Source: an uncultured bacterium (GTDB taxonomy: Bacteria > Fidelibacterota > Marinisomatia > Marinisomatales > CAYXUG01). From it: a DNA stretch of 64,000 nt. The stretch's first letter is position 1, and each line of letters starts with the position of its first letter. The stretch spans positions 920-64,919 of the forward strand of contig CAYXUG010000002.1 in the NCBI GenBank assembly GCA_964468655.1, given 5' to 3'. The notes beneath the pieces were generated by a model. It was not told the DNA's origin. It saw only the letters and a program-made list of their open reading frames with translations, and ran no database searches. Below, piece by piece: positions 45,760 to 57,381 of the stretch. The translations under genes were made by a program, and so were the position numbers.

Positions 45760-45785
45760 AAAGCCCCCCCTTTGGAGGGCTTTTT
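45760..45785 (+). terminator. rho-independent terminator closing the motor operon (possibly bidirectional)
   Basis: A 10-bp stem with one mismatch, AAAGCCCCCC (45760-45769) / GGAGGGCTTT (45774-45783), has a CTTT loop and is followed by TT. It sits between the fliG-like stop and the convergent M28 peptidase stop. Confidence 0.65.
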
Positions 45786-45837
45786 AATAACTTAGTGCAC
45801 TTAAGATAAATTTTGGGTGAGAATTTTAAACTAATAA

Positions 45838-47463
45838 TCAAAACCTGATTTTATCAGGTATTTGTGGATAGGGTTCCGGAGATTTTCTTATTCTTATGGG
45901 ATTTTGAGCAATTCCCCATCCGGTCAATAAAGCCAATCGAGTCACTTTTTGTAATTTTTCAAAGTCAATTTTATTGCGAGTATCTGTTGGTTTGTGATAA
46001 TCCTTATGAATTCCTGCAAAATAGAAGACGATTGGAATATCGTGTTTGGCAAAATTGTAATGGTCACTACGATAGTAGAATCGGCTTGGATCATCAATTG
46101 AATTGTATCTGTAATCTAAAAACAGATCATCAATTTTTGATCCTGCATATTCATTAATTTCATGTAAGTCTTGGCTGATCATGTCAGACCCGATGACATA
46201 TACAGTATCAGGATGATTTCTTCCAATCATATCAATGTTGATATTTGCAACAGTTTGCTTTAAGGGGAGAAGCGGGTGATCAGAATAAAATTTTGAGCCG
46301 AGCAATCCTTTCTCTTCACCCGAAACCGCTAAAAATAAAAATCCTCTGCGTGGTTGAATAGGGTTGGTGGAAATTGCTTCTGCAATTTCCATTATGGCAG
46401 ATGTTCCAGATGCATTATCATCTGCGCCAAACCAGATTTTTCCATCTTCACTCTTACCCAAATGATCATAATGTGCTGACAATACAATAGTTTCATGCCC
46501 CACAAGTGGATTACTTCCCGGTAGGTACCCTGCAACATTTTGGGTCACCACTGTTTCCTTATTTATTTCAATGTTTAATGAAACGGTTACCTCGGGGATA
46601 CCGAATGAAAAGGGTGATTGCGACTGGGTGATTTCTGTTTCTAATTCATCTAAATTTTTACTAGAAGATCTTAATATTTTATCTGCAGCGAATTTACTGA
46701 TTGCAATCAATGGCACCGATTGATCTGCTGAAGAAAGGATGAGTGTTCCTCTCCTTAATTTATTTGAAAGATAGCTCGATGATTCCTGAAAAGTTTTCCC
46801 CGGAATATTGAGATTGGAAGTCAACAGAACTGCCACCGCCCCCTTTTCCTTGGCAATTTTAACCCTTTCCTTAATCCCCAATATTTTTGGTCTTGTGGAT
46901 TTTTTCGCACTTTTCTCATCTGATTTTTTATGATATGTACCGGACATAATCATTGCAATTTTTCCATCAACATTTATCCCGGCAAAATCGTCGTACCCTT
47001 CCCCACTATCTGTTATTCCATATCCCGTAAAAACAACCGGCGCCTCAATTTCAATATTACCGTAGAGACCATGTAATGACAATTCAAAATCTTCTTTGTA
47101 TTGAATATTTTCTTTTACCCGCCCGTTGTCAAAGTTGAGTATTAATTGGGGGTTATCGCCCACATTGATTCTAATAAGATCGTAATATTGAAAATAAGAA
47201 CCCTTAGGTCCAAGTGGTGTAAGTCCAAACCGCCTGAATTGAGCCGCGATGTATTCGGAAGAAACATTTAATCCGGATTCACCTGTCCCCCTTCCCTCAA
47301 GCGCTTCTGATGCTAAAAAATAAAGGTGACCCCTTAAGTCATCCTGTAAAATGGAATTAAGTCCCGGTTGGATTTCGTTCATATCAAATACAGGAGAAAA
47401 GTAAGTTTCATCCTGACCGATTAAAAATATAATGGAGGAGATTGTGAAAAGTAATGCTTTCAA
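45838..47463 (-). CDS. M28-family Zn aminopeptidase with PA domain
   Basis: 541 aa with a signal peptide. Metal-ligand motifs are SAHYDHLG, ADDNASGTSA, SGEEKGLLGS and NIDMIG, plus SDHYNF. Confidence 0.85.
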   Translation of the reverse strand: MKALLFTISSIIFLIGQDETYFSPVFDMNEIQPGLNSILQDDLRGHLYFLASEALEGRGTGESGLNVSSEYIAAQFRRFGLTPLGPKGSYFQYYDLIRINVGDNPQLILNFDNGRVKENIQYKEDFELSLHGLYGNIEIEAPVVFTGYGITDSGEGYDDFAGINVDGKIAMIMSGTYHKKSDEKSAKKSTRPKILGIKERVKIAKEKGAVAVLLTSNLNIPGKTFQESSSYLSNKLRRGTLILSSADQSVPLIAISKFAADKILRSSSKNLDELETEITQSQSPFSFGIPEVTVSLNIEINKETVVTQNVAGYLPGSNPLVGHETIVLSAHYDHLGKSEDGKIWFGADDNASGTSAIMEIAEAISTNPIQPRRGFLFLAVSGEEKGLLGSKFYSDHPLLPLKQTVANINIDMIGRNHPDTVYVIGSDMISQDLHEINEYAGSKIDDLFLDYRYNSIDDPSRFYYRSDHYNFAKHDIPIVFYFAGIHKDYHKPTDTRNKIDFEKLQKVTRLALLTGWGIAQNPIRIRKSPEPYPQIPDKIRF

Positions 47464-47557
47464 GGTTGTGCAAAATTACACTTCTGTAAATTAAGAAAAA
47501 AGGTAGATGTCAGGCACAATCCTGCACTAATTTAACGCATCAAGATTTAAGAAGATT

Positions 47558-48301
47558 ATGCTTGGACTAAAAAATAAAGTTGTGATTGTAACCGGCTCGG
47601 GTCAGGGAATTGGCGAAGCAGCAGCAATGAGATTTGCCGCAGAAAGCTGTAAAATTGTGGTGGCAGATTTCAACACAGAATCAGGCAACGCAGTAGCGGA
47701 TAAAATTAATACTACAGGAGGGAACGCTGAATTTATAAAGGTAGATATCAGCGATAGAGATTCTGTAAAAAAGATGGTGACAGAAGCGGTTGATAAGTTT
47801 AACCGAATTGATGTCCTTGTAAATAATGCCGGGATACTTGAAGATGCAACTTTAAAAAAAATGTCGGATGAACAATTTGACAGAGTTGTTAATGTAAATA
47901 TGAGAGGTACCTTTATCTGCACTCAGGAAGTTTCACACATTATGCGTGAACAGCAATCAGGAGTAATACTCAATGCCTCCTCTGTGGTGGCTCTGTACGG
48001 GAATTATGGGCAGACAAATTATGTTGCATCAAAAGCAGGTGTTATTGGAATGACCAAAGTGTGGGCACGGGAATTAGGTAAAGAAGGAATTCGAGTAAAT
48101 GCGGTAGCTCCGGGATTTATCAAAACGCCCATAATTAAAGACATACCTGAAAAAATAATAGACGCACTCATAGAAAAAGTACCCCTTAAAAGAATCGGTA
48201 CACCCGAAGATGTGGCGAATGTTTACCTATTTCTGGCAAGCGACCTTGCCTCCTATGTGACTGGCACAGTGGTGGGAGTTGATGGCGGTGTAGTGGTTTA
48301 G
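47558..48301 (+). CDS. fabG: 3-oxoacyl-[ACP] reductase-like short-chain dehydrogenase
   Basis: 247 aa with the SDR motifs TGSGQGIG, NNAG and Y..SK (YVASKAG). Confidence 0.8.
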   Translation: MLGLKNKVVIVTGSGQGIGEAAAMRFAAESCKIVVADFNTESGNAVADKINTTGGNAEFIKVDISDRDSVKKMVTEAVDKFNRIDVLVNNAGILEDATLKKMSDEQFDRVVNVNMRGTFICTQEVSHIMREQQSGVILNASSVVALYGNYGQTNYVASKAGVIGMTKVWARELGKEGIRVNAVAPGFIKTPIIKDIPEKIIDALIEKVPLKRIGTPEDVANVYLFLASDLASYVTGTVVGVDGGVVV

Positions 48302-51003
48302 GAGTTAGCAAGTGCTGCCTGCGCCGCAGCCAATCTAGCAATGGGTACTCGAAACGGCGAGCAACTCACATAGTTTAGTCCAGCCCGATGACAAAATTCA
48401 ATTGAAGCCGGGTCTCCCCCATGTTCGCCACAAATCCCAATCTTCAAATCTTTTTTTACTGATCTTCCCTTCTCCACTCCGATTGTTACTAACTCACCAA
48501 CTCCCGATTGGTCAAGGGATTGGAATGGATCATGCAGCAGGATTTTTTCTTCCAGATAAGTTGGAAGAAAGCTACCTATATCATCTCGGGAAAACCCATA
48601 GGTGGTTTGTGTCAGGTCGTTGGTACCGAAAGAGAAGAACTCAGCTTTTTGGGCAATTTCATCGGCAGTGATGCAGGCACGGGGAATTTCTATCATAGTC
48701 CCCACGAGGTAGGGGAAATTAATTTCTGTTTCCTTTTTGATTTGATTGGCTATTTTTCTGACAATGGCATCCTGATGTTCAAATTCCGCCGCAGTCCCAA
48801 CCAGTGGTATCATTACTTCCGGCAATGCTTTTACTCCTTCTTTCGTCAATTGAGCTGTTGCCTCAAAGATTGCTATCGCCTGCATTTCCGTTATTTCAGG
48901 GTAAGTGATGCCCAGCCGGCAGCCACGATGGCCAAGCATAGGATTCATTTCCTGGAGGGATTCAATCCGTTTTTGAAGCTGATCTTCACTTAAATTCAGT
49001 TCCTTGGCGAGTTGGGAAATCTGTTTTTTTTCTTGTGGGAGGAATTCGTGGAGTGGAGGATCCAAAAGTCTGATAGTGACGGGATATCCGTCCATTGCTT
49101 TCAGGATTTCATAAAAGTCCTGTCGCTGAAATGGCAGCAAATCCATCACTGCTTCCCGTCGATTATCTTCATTTTCTGCAAGAATCATTTTACGCATGTG
49201 AATAATTCGTTCTGGATCAAAAAACATGTGTTCAGTTCGGCAGAGACCGATTCCTTCCGCCCCAAAGGTACGTGCCTGTACGGCATCTTCGGGTCTTTCA
49301 GCATTGGCACGGATTCCAAGTATTTTAACTTCATCAGTAAATTTCATCAACTTTTGAAACGACTCATTATTTTGAGGATCCGCAGATTTCAAAGGAAGCT
49401 GACCTTCGTAAACAATTCCTTTTGTTCCGTTGAGGGTGATCCAGTCTCCTTCATTAAGGACAGTATTATTTACAGAGAGAGTTTTATTGATTCGATCAAT
49501 GTTAAGGACACCGCAACCCACAATACAGCACTTTCCCCATCCTCGAGCTACTAAAGCAGCGTGGGAAGTCATTCCCCCGCGGGCTGTGAGGATGGCTTTA
49601 GCAGCGTGCATTCCGTGAACATCCTCAGGCGAGGTTTCACTCCGCACCAGAACCACCTCTCTTCCTTCTTTAGTCCAGTGTTCTGCATCATCGGCTGTAA
49701 ATACAATCTGCCCCGCAGCGCCTCCAGGTCCTGCCGGTAATCCGTTAGCCAATACCTCAGTCTGAACTTCTGTTTTGGAATCTACCGTTGGGTGAAGAAG
49801 TTCATCAAGTTGGGATGGCATGACGCGAAGGAGTGTTTCTTCCTTAGTAATGAGTCCTTCTTCATACATGTCCACTGCTATCTTGACTGCGGCAGGCCCG
49901 TTACGTTTTCCTGCTCTAGTTTGAAGCATCCAGAGTCGGCCATCTTCAATAGTAAATTCGAGGTCTTGCATATTCCGGTAATGGGTTTCAAGGTGTTGCT
50001 GATATTTATCCAACTGACTGTACAACTCCGGCATGGCTTCTTCCAATGAAAGTTTTCTCTTTTCATTTTGAGTTTTGCCTGCTATGTTGATTGGATTGGG
50101 CGTTCTTGTACCGGCGACCACATCTTCACCTTGTGCGTTTAAGAGCCATTCACCGTAAAAAATATTTTCACCGGTTGCAGGATTCCGGGTGAAAGCGACA
50201 CCAGTAGCTGAGGTATCACCGGTGTTACCGAAGACCATTGCCTGTACATTTACTGCGGTTCCCATTTCATCTGGAAGTCCCTCAATTTTTCGGTAAGAAA
50301 CTGCCCGTTTGCCATTCCATGATTTGAATACTGCACCGATAGCTCCCCACAACTGCTCCTGCGGGTCATCAGGAAAATCCTTTCCGAATTGTTTTTTAAT
50401 AACTTCCTTAAAATGTTCAGACAGTTCTTCCCAGTCTTCAGCCCCCAATTCTGTGTCTTCCTTTAATTCTTTCCCCCTTTTCTTTTCTTCAATCAATTCT
50501 TCTAATGTTTCTCTGATGCCAATTCTGTTTTCCGGTTCAATTTCCGCTGCTTTTTCCATGACCACATCCGAATACATCATAATCAGACGTCTATAGGAAT
50601 CAAAAACAAAACGCGGGTTTTCAGTTAGTTTAATAATACTTGGGATGGTTTTTGATGTCAGTCCGAGGTTCAAAACAGTTTCCATCATTCCCGGCATTGA
50701 TACGGCAGCGCCTGAGCGGACTGAAACAAGAAAGGGATTTTCGGAATCTCCAAATTTACGTCTCATTATTGATTCAACTTTTTTCAGAGCTTCGGAAACC
50801 TGTTTTTCCAGTGTGTCCGGGTAGGTATGTTTATTTTCATAGAAATGGCTACAAACATCAGCTGTAATGGTAAAGCCGGGAGGAACAGGAATTCCAAGGT
50901 TGGTCATTTCTGCGAGGTTGGCGCCTTTGCCACCCAGAAGTTTTTTCATATCTGCGGAACCCCCTGCTTTGCCCTCACCAAAGGTGTAAACGAATTTTTT
51001 CAC
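48298..51003 (-). CDS. ppdK: pyruvate, phosphate dikinase
   Basis: 901 aa. It has MKKFVYTFGEG...GGKGANLAEM, the phosphohistidine region GGMTSHAALVARG, and the C-terminal PEP-utilising domain FFSFGTNDLTQ...CGEHGGDP. Confidence 0.95.
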   Translation of the reverse strand: MKKFVYTFGEGKAGGSADMKKLLGGKGANLAEMTNLGIPVPPGFTITADVCSHFYENKHTYPDTLEKQVSEALKKVESIMRRKFGDSENPFLVSVRSGAAVSMPGMMETVLNLGLTSKTIPSIIKLTENPRFVFDSYRRLIMMYSDVVMEKAAEIEPENRIGIRETLEELIEEKKRGKELKEDTELGAEDWEELSEHFKEVIKKQFGKDFPDDPQEQLWGAIGAVFKSWNGKRAVSYRKIEGLPDEMGTAVNVQAMVFGNTGDTSATGVAFTRNPATGENIFYGEWLLNAQGEDVVAGTRTPNPINIAGKTQNEKRKLSLEEAMPELYSQLDKYQQHLETHYRNMQDLEFTIEDGRLWMLQTRAGKRNGPAAVKIAVDMYEEGLITKEETLLRVMPSQLDELLHPTVDSKTEVQTEVLANGLPAGPGGAAGQIVFTADDAEHWTKEGREVVLVRSETSPEDVHGMHAAKAILTARGGMTSHAALVARGWGKCCIVGCGVLNIDRINKTLSVNNTVLNEGDWITLNGTKGIVYEGQLPLKSADPQNNESFQKLMKFTDEVKILGIRANAERPEDAVQARTFGAEGIGLCRTEHMFFDPERIIHMRKMILAENEDNRREAVMDLLPFQRQDFYEILKAMDGYPVTIRLLDPPLHEFLPQEKKQISQLAKELNLSEDQLQKRIESLQEMNPMLGHRGCRLGITYPEITEMQAIAIFEATAQLTKEGVKALPEVMIPLVGTAAEFEHQDAIVRKIANQIKKETEINFPYLVGTMIEIPRACITADEIAQKAEFFSFGTNDLTQTTYGFSRDDIGSFLPTYLEEKILLHDPFQSLDQSGVGELVTIGVEKGRSVKKDLKIGICGEHGGDPASIEFCHRAGLNYVSCSPFRVPIARLAAAQAALANS

Positions 51004-51181
51004 GTGTGTAGATATCTCCTGTTTTTAAAATAACTTGGATTCAAGTAAGAAAAAGTAGTTTAGAATTAAGTTCAGGGAATGTGAATTTAGATAATGAGTC
51101 AGGCGAATCAAACCGTATTTCCATTGATTTTGTATGATTTTCTCATTACCATATTGACCTTAAATTAACCTGAATAAGAAC

Positions 51182-53134
<1,953 letters not shown>

Positions 53135-53170
53135 TTACCGGAGCTGCATGTTTCAGATAAATTTTAATTT

Positions 53171-53743
53171 CTAATATTTATCTCCTATCAGCTTCCACCC
53201 AGTTGGCAACAGCGATGTAGCGAATATTGCTTTGATAATATCGCCGGGTATGAATGGGAACAACCCCATTTTCAGAACATTTTCAGACCCAACAAAAAAT
53301 GCCAGCCAAGGTACACCGACCAAAAAGATCACACCACTACCCATGAGCATAGCAAACACAGTCGAGAAAAACTTTCTATCCCAACCATGTTCTGCCAGAA
53401 ATCCTGTTAAATAAGCTCCACCGGCAAAGCCAATGAGGTATCCTCCTGTAGGTCCAAGCAGATGCTGAATCCCAAAACCAAACCCCGCGAATACAGGTAA
53501 GCCGGCAGCACCTTCTGCGAGATAAACCAATATGGTTAGTGTTCCTCTGTATGAACCCAATAAAGCACCGGTAAGCAGTACACCTAATGTTTGTCCTGTA
53601 ACAGGCACCGGTGTGAAGGAAAGAGAAATTTTTATTTGGGCAAGCAATGCAATAAAGAGTGTTCCTGACAAAACCAATCCAAAGTCGTAAACCAAAGCCC
53701 ACCCGCGATAAGAGGGTCTAAGTATTTCAGCGTAAGTTCTCAT
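53171..53743 (-). CDS. bioY: biotin transporter BioY
   Basis: 190 aa with 5-6 TM segments. The pattern TPVPVTGQTLGVLLTGALLG...GPTGGYLIGF is characteristic of BioY. Confidence 0.85.
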   Translation of the reverse strand: MRTYAEILRPSYRGWALVYDFGLVLSGTLFIALLAQIKISLSFTPVPVTGQTLGVLLTGALLGSYRGTLTILVYLAEGAAGLPVFAGFGFGIQHLLGPTGGYLIGFAGGAYLTGFLAEHGWDRKFFSTVFAMLMGSGVIFLVGVPWLAFFVGSENVLKMGLFPFIPGDIIKAIFATSLLPTGWKLIGDKY

Positions 53744-53793
53744 TATTTTATTTCACACAAAGGGTACATAATTTAAAAGAAAAAACCCAAGTT

Positions 53794-55362
53794 TTAATGT
53801 TTAAAGCACCTTTGCCCGGTAAATGTCATGGTGGTTCCGTGCTCATCACAGGCGGCGATAACTTCTTCATCACGGATTGATCCGCCCGGCTGGATAACTG
53901 CTGAAATGCCTGTTCCGGCAAGTTTATCGATACAGTCCCGAAACGGGAAAAATGCATCTGAACATAAAACAGTACCCTTCAAATTGTCTCCTGATTTGTT
54001 AATGGCAATATCTACCGCATCCACGCGGCTTACCTGTCCGGCACCAACCCCGACAGTTGTTTTGTTCTTAATAATCAAAATTCCGTTTGATTTCACATAC
54101 TTCAACACTTTCCAGCCAAAAAGCATATCCGTAATTTGATCATCAGTTGGGCGGACTTTTGTAACTACCTTTAACTGCCCATGAGTGACTGCACTTAAAT
54201 CAGAGTCTTGAACGAGAATTCCCCCATCCACGTATCGATATTCCAATTTTGGTTCGCGCTTTTCAACTTTGCCAATTTCAAGTACACGAAGATTTTTCTT
54301 TTTTGAGAAAATTGAAAGCGCATCTTTATTAAATGATGGCGCAAGAACGATTTCAGCAAACACTTTTGAAATAGCTTCGGCAATTTCAGCAGTACATTTT
54401 CTGTTTAATGCAATAATACCGCCGAACGCAGATAGACTGTCTGCATTAAAAGCTCGCATATACACATCAAGAAGATCATTTCCTACCGCCACTCCGCAGG
54501 GATTGGCATGTTTCACAACCACGCAAGCAGTTTCATCAAATTCCTTAAGGCAAGCCAGCGCGCCATCAGCATCCATGATATTGTTATAGGACAATTTTTT
54601 ACCCTGATGGATTTTTGCGTTTAAAATATTATTACTTTGATCGTTTGGAATCTGATATGCAGAAGCAGATTGATGGGGATTTTCACCATACCGTAAATCG
54701 GAATGTTTTTCAAAAGTGATGCTGAAATCTTCAGACAGTTTTTCATTTTTGAGATAATTATGAATAATGGTATCATATTTTGCTGTATGACCAAATGCTT
54801 TAGCCGATAATTTTTTTCGTATTTCAAACGAGACAGTATTTGATTCTTTTAACTCATCCATGACAGTGCCATAATCTGCAGGATCAATAACCACTCCAAC
54901 CCATCCCACGTTTTTAGCAGCGCTCCGAATCATGGTTGGTCCGCCGATGTCTACATTTTCCAAAGCCATTGCAAGATCGCAATCCTCCCGAGAAATAGTA
55001 TCCGAAAATGGATAGAGATTACAAACAACTAGATCAATCCATTTAATATTGTTTGCTTCAGCGTCATCTGAGTGCTTGTCCCTCAGACCAAGAATTCCAC
55101 CTTCTACCAATGGGTTAATAGTCTTCACACGACCGTCCATAATTTCAGGGAATTGGGTGTAGTCACTTACGTCTAGTACAGGAATGTTTGAATCACGGAG
55201 TGCCCTTGCTGTACCCCCGGTTGAAAGGATTTCTACATTCATTTCTGTAAGAGCTTTAGCAAATTCCACCACGCCGGTTTTATCGAATACGGAAATAAGC
55301 GCCCGGGTAATTTTGATTGGATTTTGATTAACCATAAAGTGTTTAAGTTTTAATGTGTTCAT
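53794..55362 (-). CDS. purH: bifunctional AICAR transformylase / IMP cyclohydrolase
   Basis: 522 aa with RALISVFDKTG and the C-terminus ...FTGQRCFKH. The start may instead be the second Met (55335). The first 9 codons (MNTLKLKHF) are built from the junction repeat motif. Confidence 0.95.
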   Translation of the reverse strand: MNTLKLKHFMVNQNPIKITRALISVFDKTGVVEFAKALTEMNVEILSTGGTARALRDSNIPVLDVSDYTQFPEIMDGRVKTINPLVEGGILGLRDKHSDDAEANNIKWIDLVVCNLYPFSDTISREDCDLAMALENVDIGGPTMIRSAAKNVGWVGVVIDPADYGTVMDELKESNTVSFEIRKKLSAKAFGHTAKYDTIIHNYLKNEKLSEDFSITFEKHSDLRYGENPHQSASAYQIPNDQSNNILNAKIHQGKKLSYNNIMDADGALACLKEFDETACVVVKHANPCGVAVGNDLLDVYMRAFNADSLSAFGGIIALNRKCTAEIAEAISKVFAEIVLAPSFNKDALSIFSKKKNLRVLEIGKVEKREPKLEYRYVDGGILVQDSDLSAVTHGQLKVVTKVRPTDDQITDMLFGWKVLKYVKSNGILIIKNKTTVGVGAGQVSRVDAVDIAINKSGDNLKGTVLCSDAFFPFRDCIDKLAGTGISAVIQPGGSIRDEEVIAACDEHGTTMTFTGQRCFKH

Positions 55363-55406
55363 GTGTTAAAGAAGGATGTGCTACGAACACTTTAGCACCC
55401 AAACAC
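55339..55406. repeat. GTGTT[ACT]/[AGT]AACAC motif cluster at the purN|purH junction (5 copies, includes a 10-bp hairpin)
   Basis: The copies are GTGTTT 55339-44, GTGTTC 55355-60, GTGTTA 55363-68, GAACAC 55385-90 and AAACAC 55401-06. The arms taatgtgttc (55351-60) and gaacacttta (55385-94) pair at 9 of 10 positions around a 24-nt loop, joining the purN stop to the purH start codon region. Confidence 0.75.
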
Positions 55407-55991
55407 TTTCGCACGATGAATCAATTTGATTGATTCAACAAAAGCTTCACCTTCTAATTTTTGGACCTTTGCCTTCAATGTTTCCACTGTATCATCTTTT
55501 TCAACATCACACTTTTTTTGAACTAAAATGGGTCCTCTATCTACTTCTTCTGTTACAAAGTGGATGGTGCATCCGGTTTCAGTATCTCCGTTTTTCAGCA
55601 CCTCCTCGTGGACGTTCATGTCCATCCCGCCGGCGTATTTGGGAAGTAATGATGGATGAACATTCAGGATGCTATCTTTCCATTCCAGACAGAATTCATT
55701 AGACAAAATTCTCATAAAACCGATGAGTAAAACAAGGTTAACTTTATGATATTTTAGAACAGTTGTCATTTCTTTATCAAACTCTTCCCGGCTCTTTTTT
55801 TTATGGGATATAAAAACTGAGGGTATACGATGGTTATCCGCTCGCTCAAGGATGTACGCGTTTTTCCGGTTGGAAATGACTACAGCCACTTCCGCTTCAA
55901 GTTCACCGGAAGATATGACATCCAGAATGGCTTGCAAGTCGGTGCCTTTGGTGGAGCCTAAAATTCCCAATCGTAGTTTTTTAATGTTCAT
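55392..55991 (-). CDS. purN: phosphoribosylglycinamide formyltransferase
   Basis: 199 aa with GILGSTKGTDLQAIL and NVHPSLLP...G, typical of PurN. Confidence 0.9.
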   Translation of the reverse strand: MNIKKLRLGILGSTKGTDLQAILDVISSGELEAEVAVVISNRKNAYILERADNHRIPSVFISHKKKSREEFDKEMTTVLKYHKVNLVLLIGFMRILSNEFCLEWKDSILNVHPSLLPKYAGGMDMNVHEEVLKNGDTETGCTIHFVTEEVDRGPILVQKKCDVEKDDTVETLKAKVQKLEGEAFVESIKLIHRAKVFGC

Positions 55992-56000
55992 ATTTTAAAA

Positions 56001-56079
56001 GTGTTTATGTGCTCGGGTTTTCAAGTGTTAAAGTTAAAAAATCATAAATGACCGTGAACACTTTAACACCTTAACACTT
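56001..56079. repeat. motif cluster at the purD|purN junction (5 copies; 3-unit 8-nt periodic array; 10-bp hairpin)
   Basis: The copies are GTGTTT 56001-06, GTGTTA 56025-30, and GAACACTT TAACACCT TAACACTT at 56056/56064/56072. The arms gtgttaaagt (56025-34) and actttaacac (56060-69) form a perfect 10-bp stem with a 25-nt loop. Confidence 0.75.
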
Positions 56080-57381
56080 TAATTCTTTAATATGGTCAAT
56101 TCGTTCTTGAATTAAACCATCCGTTCCAATATCTTTTCGATGAAAAAGCGGTCCTTTAATCGCAGACACTTCTCTTTCAGCAATTCGCTCCGCTTCAGAA
56201 ATAGAATCCGCCATCCCAATAACAGCAACAGTTCGGCTGCCGGCTTCAACAAGTTGACCGTTTTTGATATCAACGGACGCATAAAATAATCCATCATGAT
56301 TTTTGATATTTGAAACATCAATGAGTTCGCCTTTGACCGGTTCGTCCGGATACCCTTCCGGAACCGCGTATTTGCAGACTGTTGCCAGATGCCCAAATGA
56401 TATATACTTCTCATGCAAATTTCCATCCACGATGCCCATACAAACTTCCACAAAATCTGACTCCAGAAGGGGAAGCACATTCATGGCTTCCGGATCACCA
56501 AACCGGGCATTGTATTCAATCAGCTTCACACCGTCAGCCGTGGCGATGAACCCTCCGTAGAGGATACCCTTGTATCCTTCGCCGAACTCCTCCTTAAGTG
56601 CGCCCGCCGTCGCTTCATTTATTTGCCGGGCGTGGGTAATGTCATTATCTGTAAGGAACGGAAGGTTGTGATCGGCGTCTGAGTAGCTGCCCATCCCGCC
56701 GGTGTTGGGTCCCGTATCTCCCTCATAGGCACGTTTATGATCCTGTACAGCCGGCATGTGTTTGAGATGATCGCCATCGCAGAAACTCATGAGGGAAAAC
56801 TCCTGTCCTATAAGTTTTTCTTCAATGATGAAATTACCACCGTTATTTACCAAATCTTGACAGTAAGCTAAAGCATCCTCATGAGAATTTAAATGATCGC
56901 CGGCTACTTTTACACCTTTTCCGCCAGCCAGTCCATCATATTTTACCACATAGTTATCGCCTAATTCGTTTAGAAAATCAGCAACCCCTTCGAAGGAGGA
57001 AAACGTTTTGTATTTTGGACTACCGGGAATATTGTATTCAGTAAGTAAATCCCGGGTGAAGGATTTAGACGTTTCAATTTGAGCGAGTTCTTTTTTTGGT
57101 CCCACGACTCCGACACCGGAATTCCATAGAGCATCAGCAACTCCATTAGCCAGAGGATTTTCCGGCCCGATAATAGCAAGATCAGCACCAACTTCTGTGG
57201 CATAGCTAGTGACAATGTTGGGATTATTGATATTATCTACAACGATCTGTTTAGTGAGCTCAGCTATGCCAGGATTCATGTTGGAGGCCAGGCAATAGAT
57301 TTCTTTTTCCTGAGGTGAACGGACCAGAGCGCGGACAATGGCATGTTCCCTTGCGCCTGAACCTAAAACAAGGATGTTCAA
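56071..57381 (-). CDS. purD: phosphoribosylamine--glycine ligase
   Basis: 436 aa. It begins MNILVLGSGAREHAI, has an ATP-grasp core, and its start overlaps the purF stop by 4 nt. Confidence 0.95.
   Translation of the reverse strand: MNILVLGSGAREHAIVRALVRSPQEKEIYCLASNMNPGIAELTKQIVVDNINNPNIVTSYATEVGADLAIIGPENPLANGVADALWNSGVGVVGPKKELAQIETSKSFTRDLLTEYNIPGSPKYKTFSSFEGVADFLNELGDNYVVKYDGLAGGKGVKVAGDHLNSHEDALAYCQDLVNNGGNFIIEEKLIGQEFSLMSFCDGDHLKHMPAVQDHKRAYEGDTGPNTGGMGSYSDADHNLPFLTDNDITHARQINEATAGALKEEFGEGYKGILYGGFIATADGVKLIEYNARFGDPEAMNVLPLLESDFVEVCMGIVDGNLHEKYISFGHLATVCKYAVPEGYPDEPVKGELIDVSNIKNHDGLFYASVDIKNGQLVEAGSRTVAVIGMADSISEAERIAEREVSAIKGPLFHRKDIGTDGLIQERIDHIKELKC

Noticed and set aside
48402-50867. 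Series of plus-strand ORFs (up to 180 aa) opposite ppdK
   Set aside because: All lie inside, and antisense to, the unambiguous 901-aa PPDK gene. They have no SD and implausible sequences.
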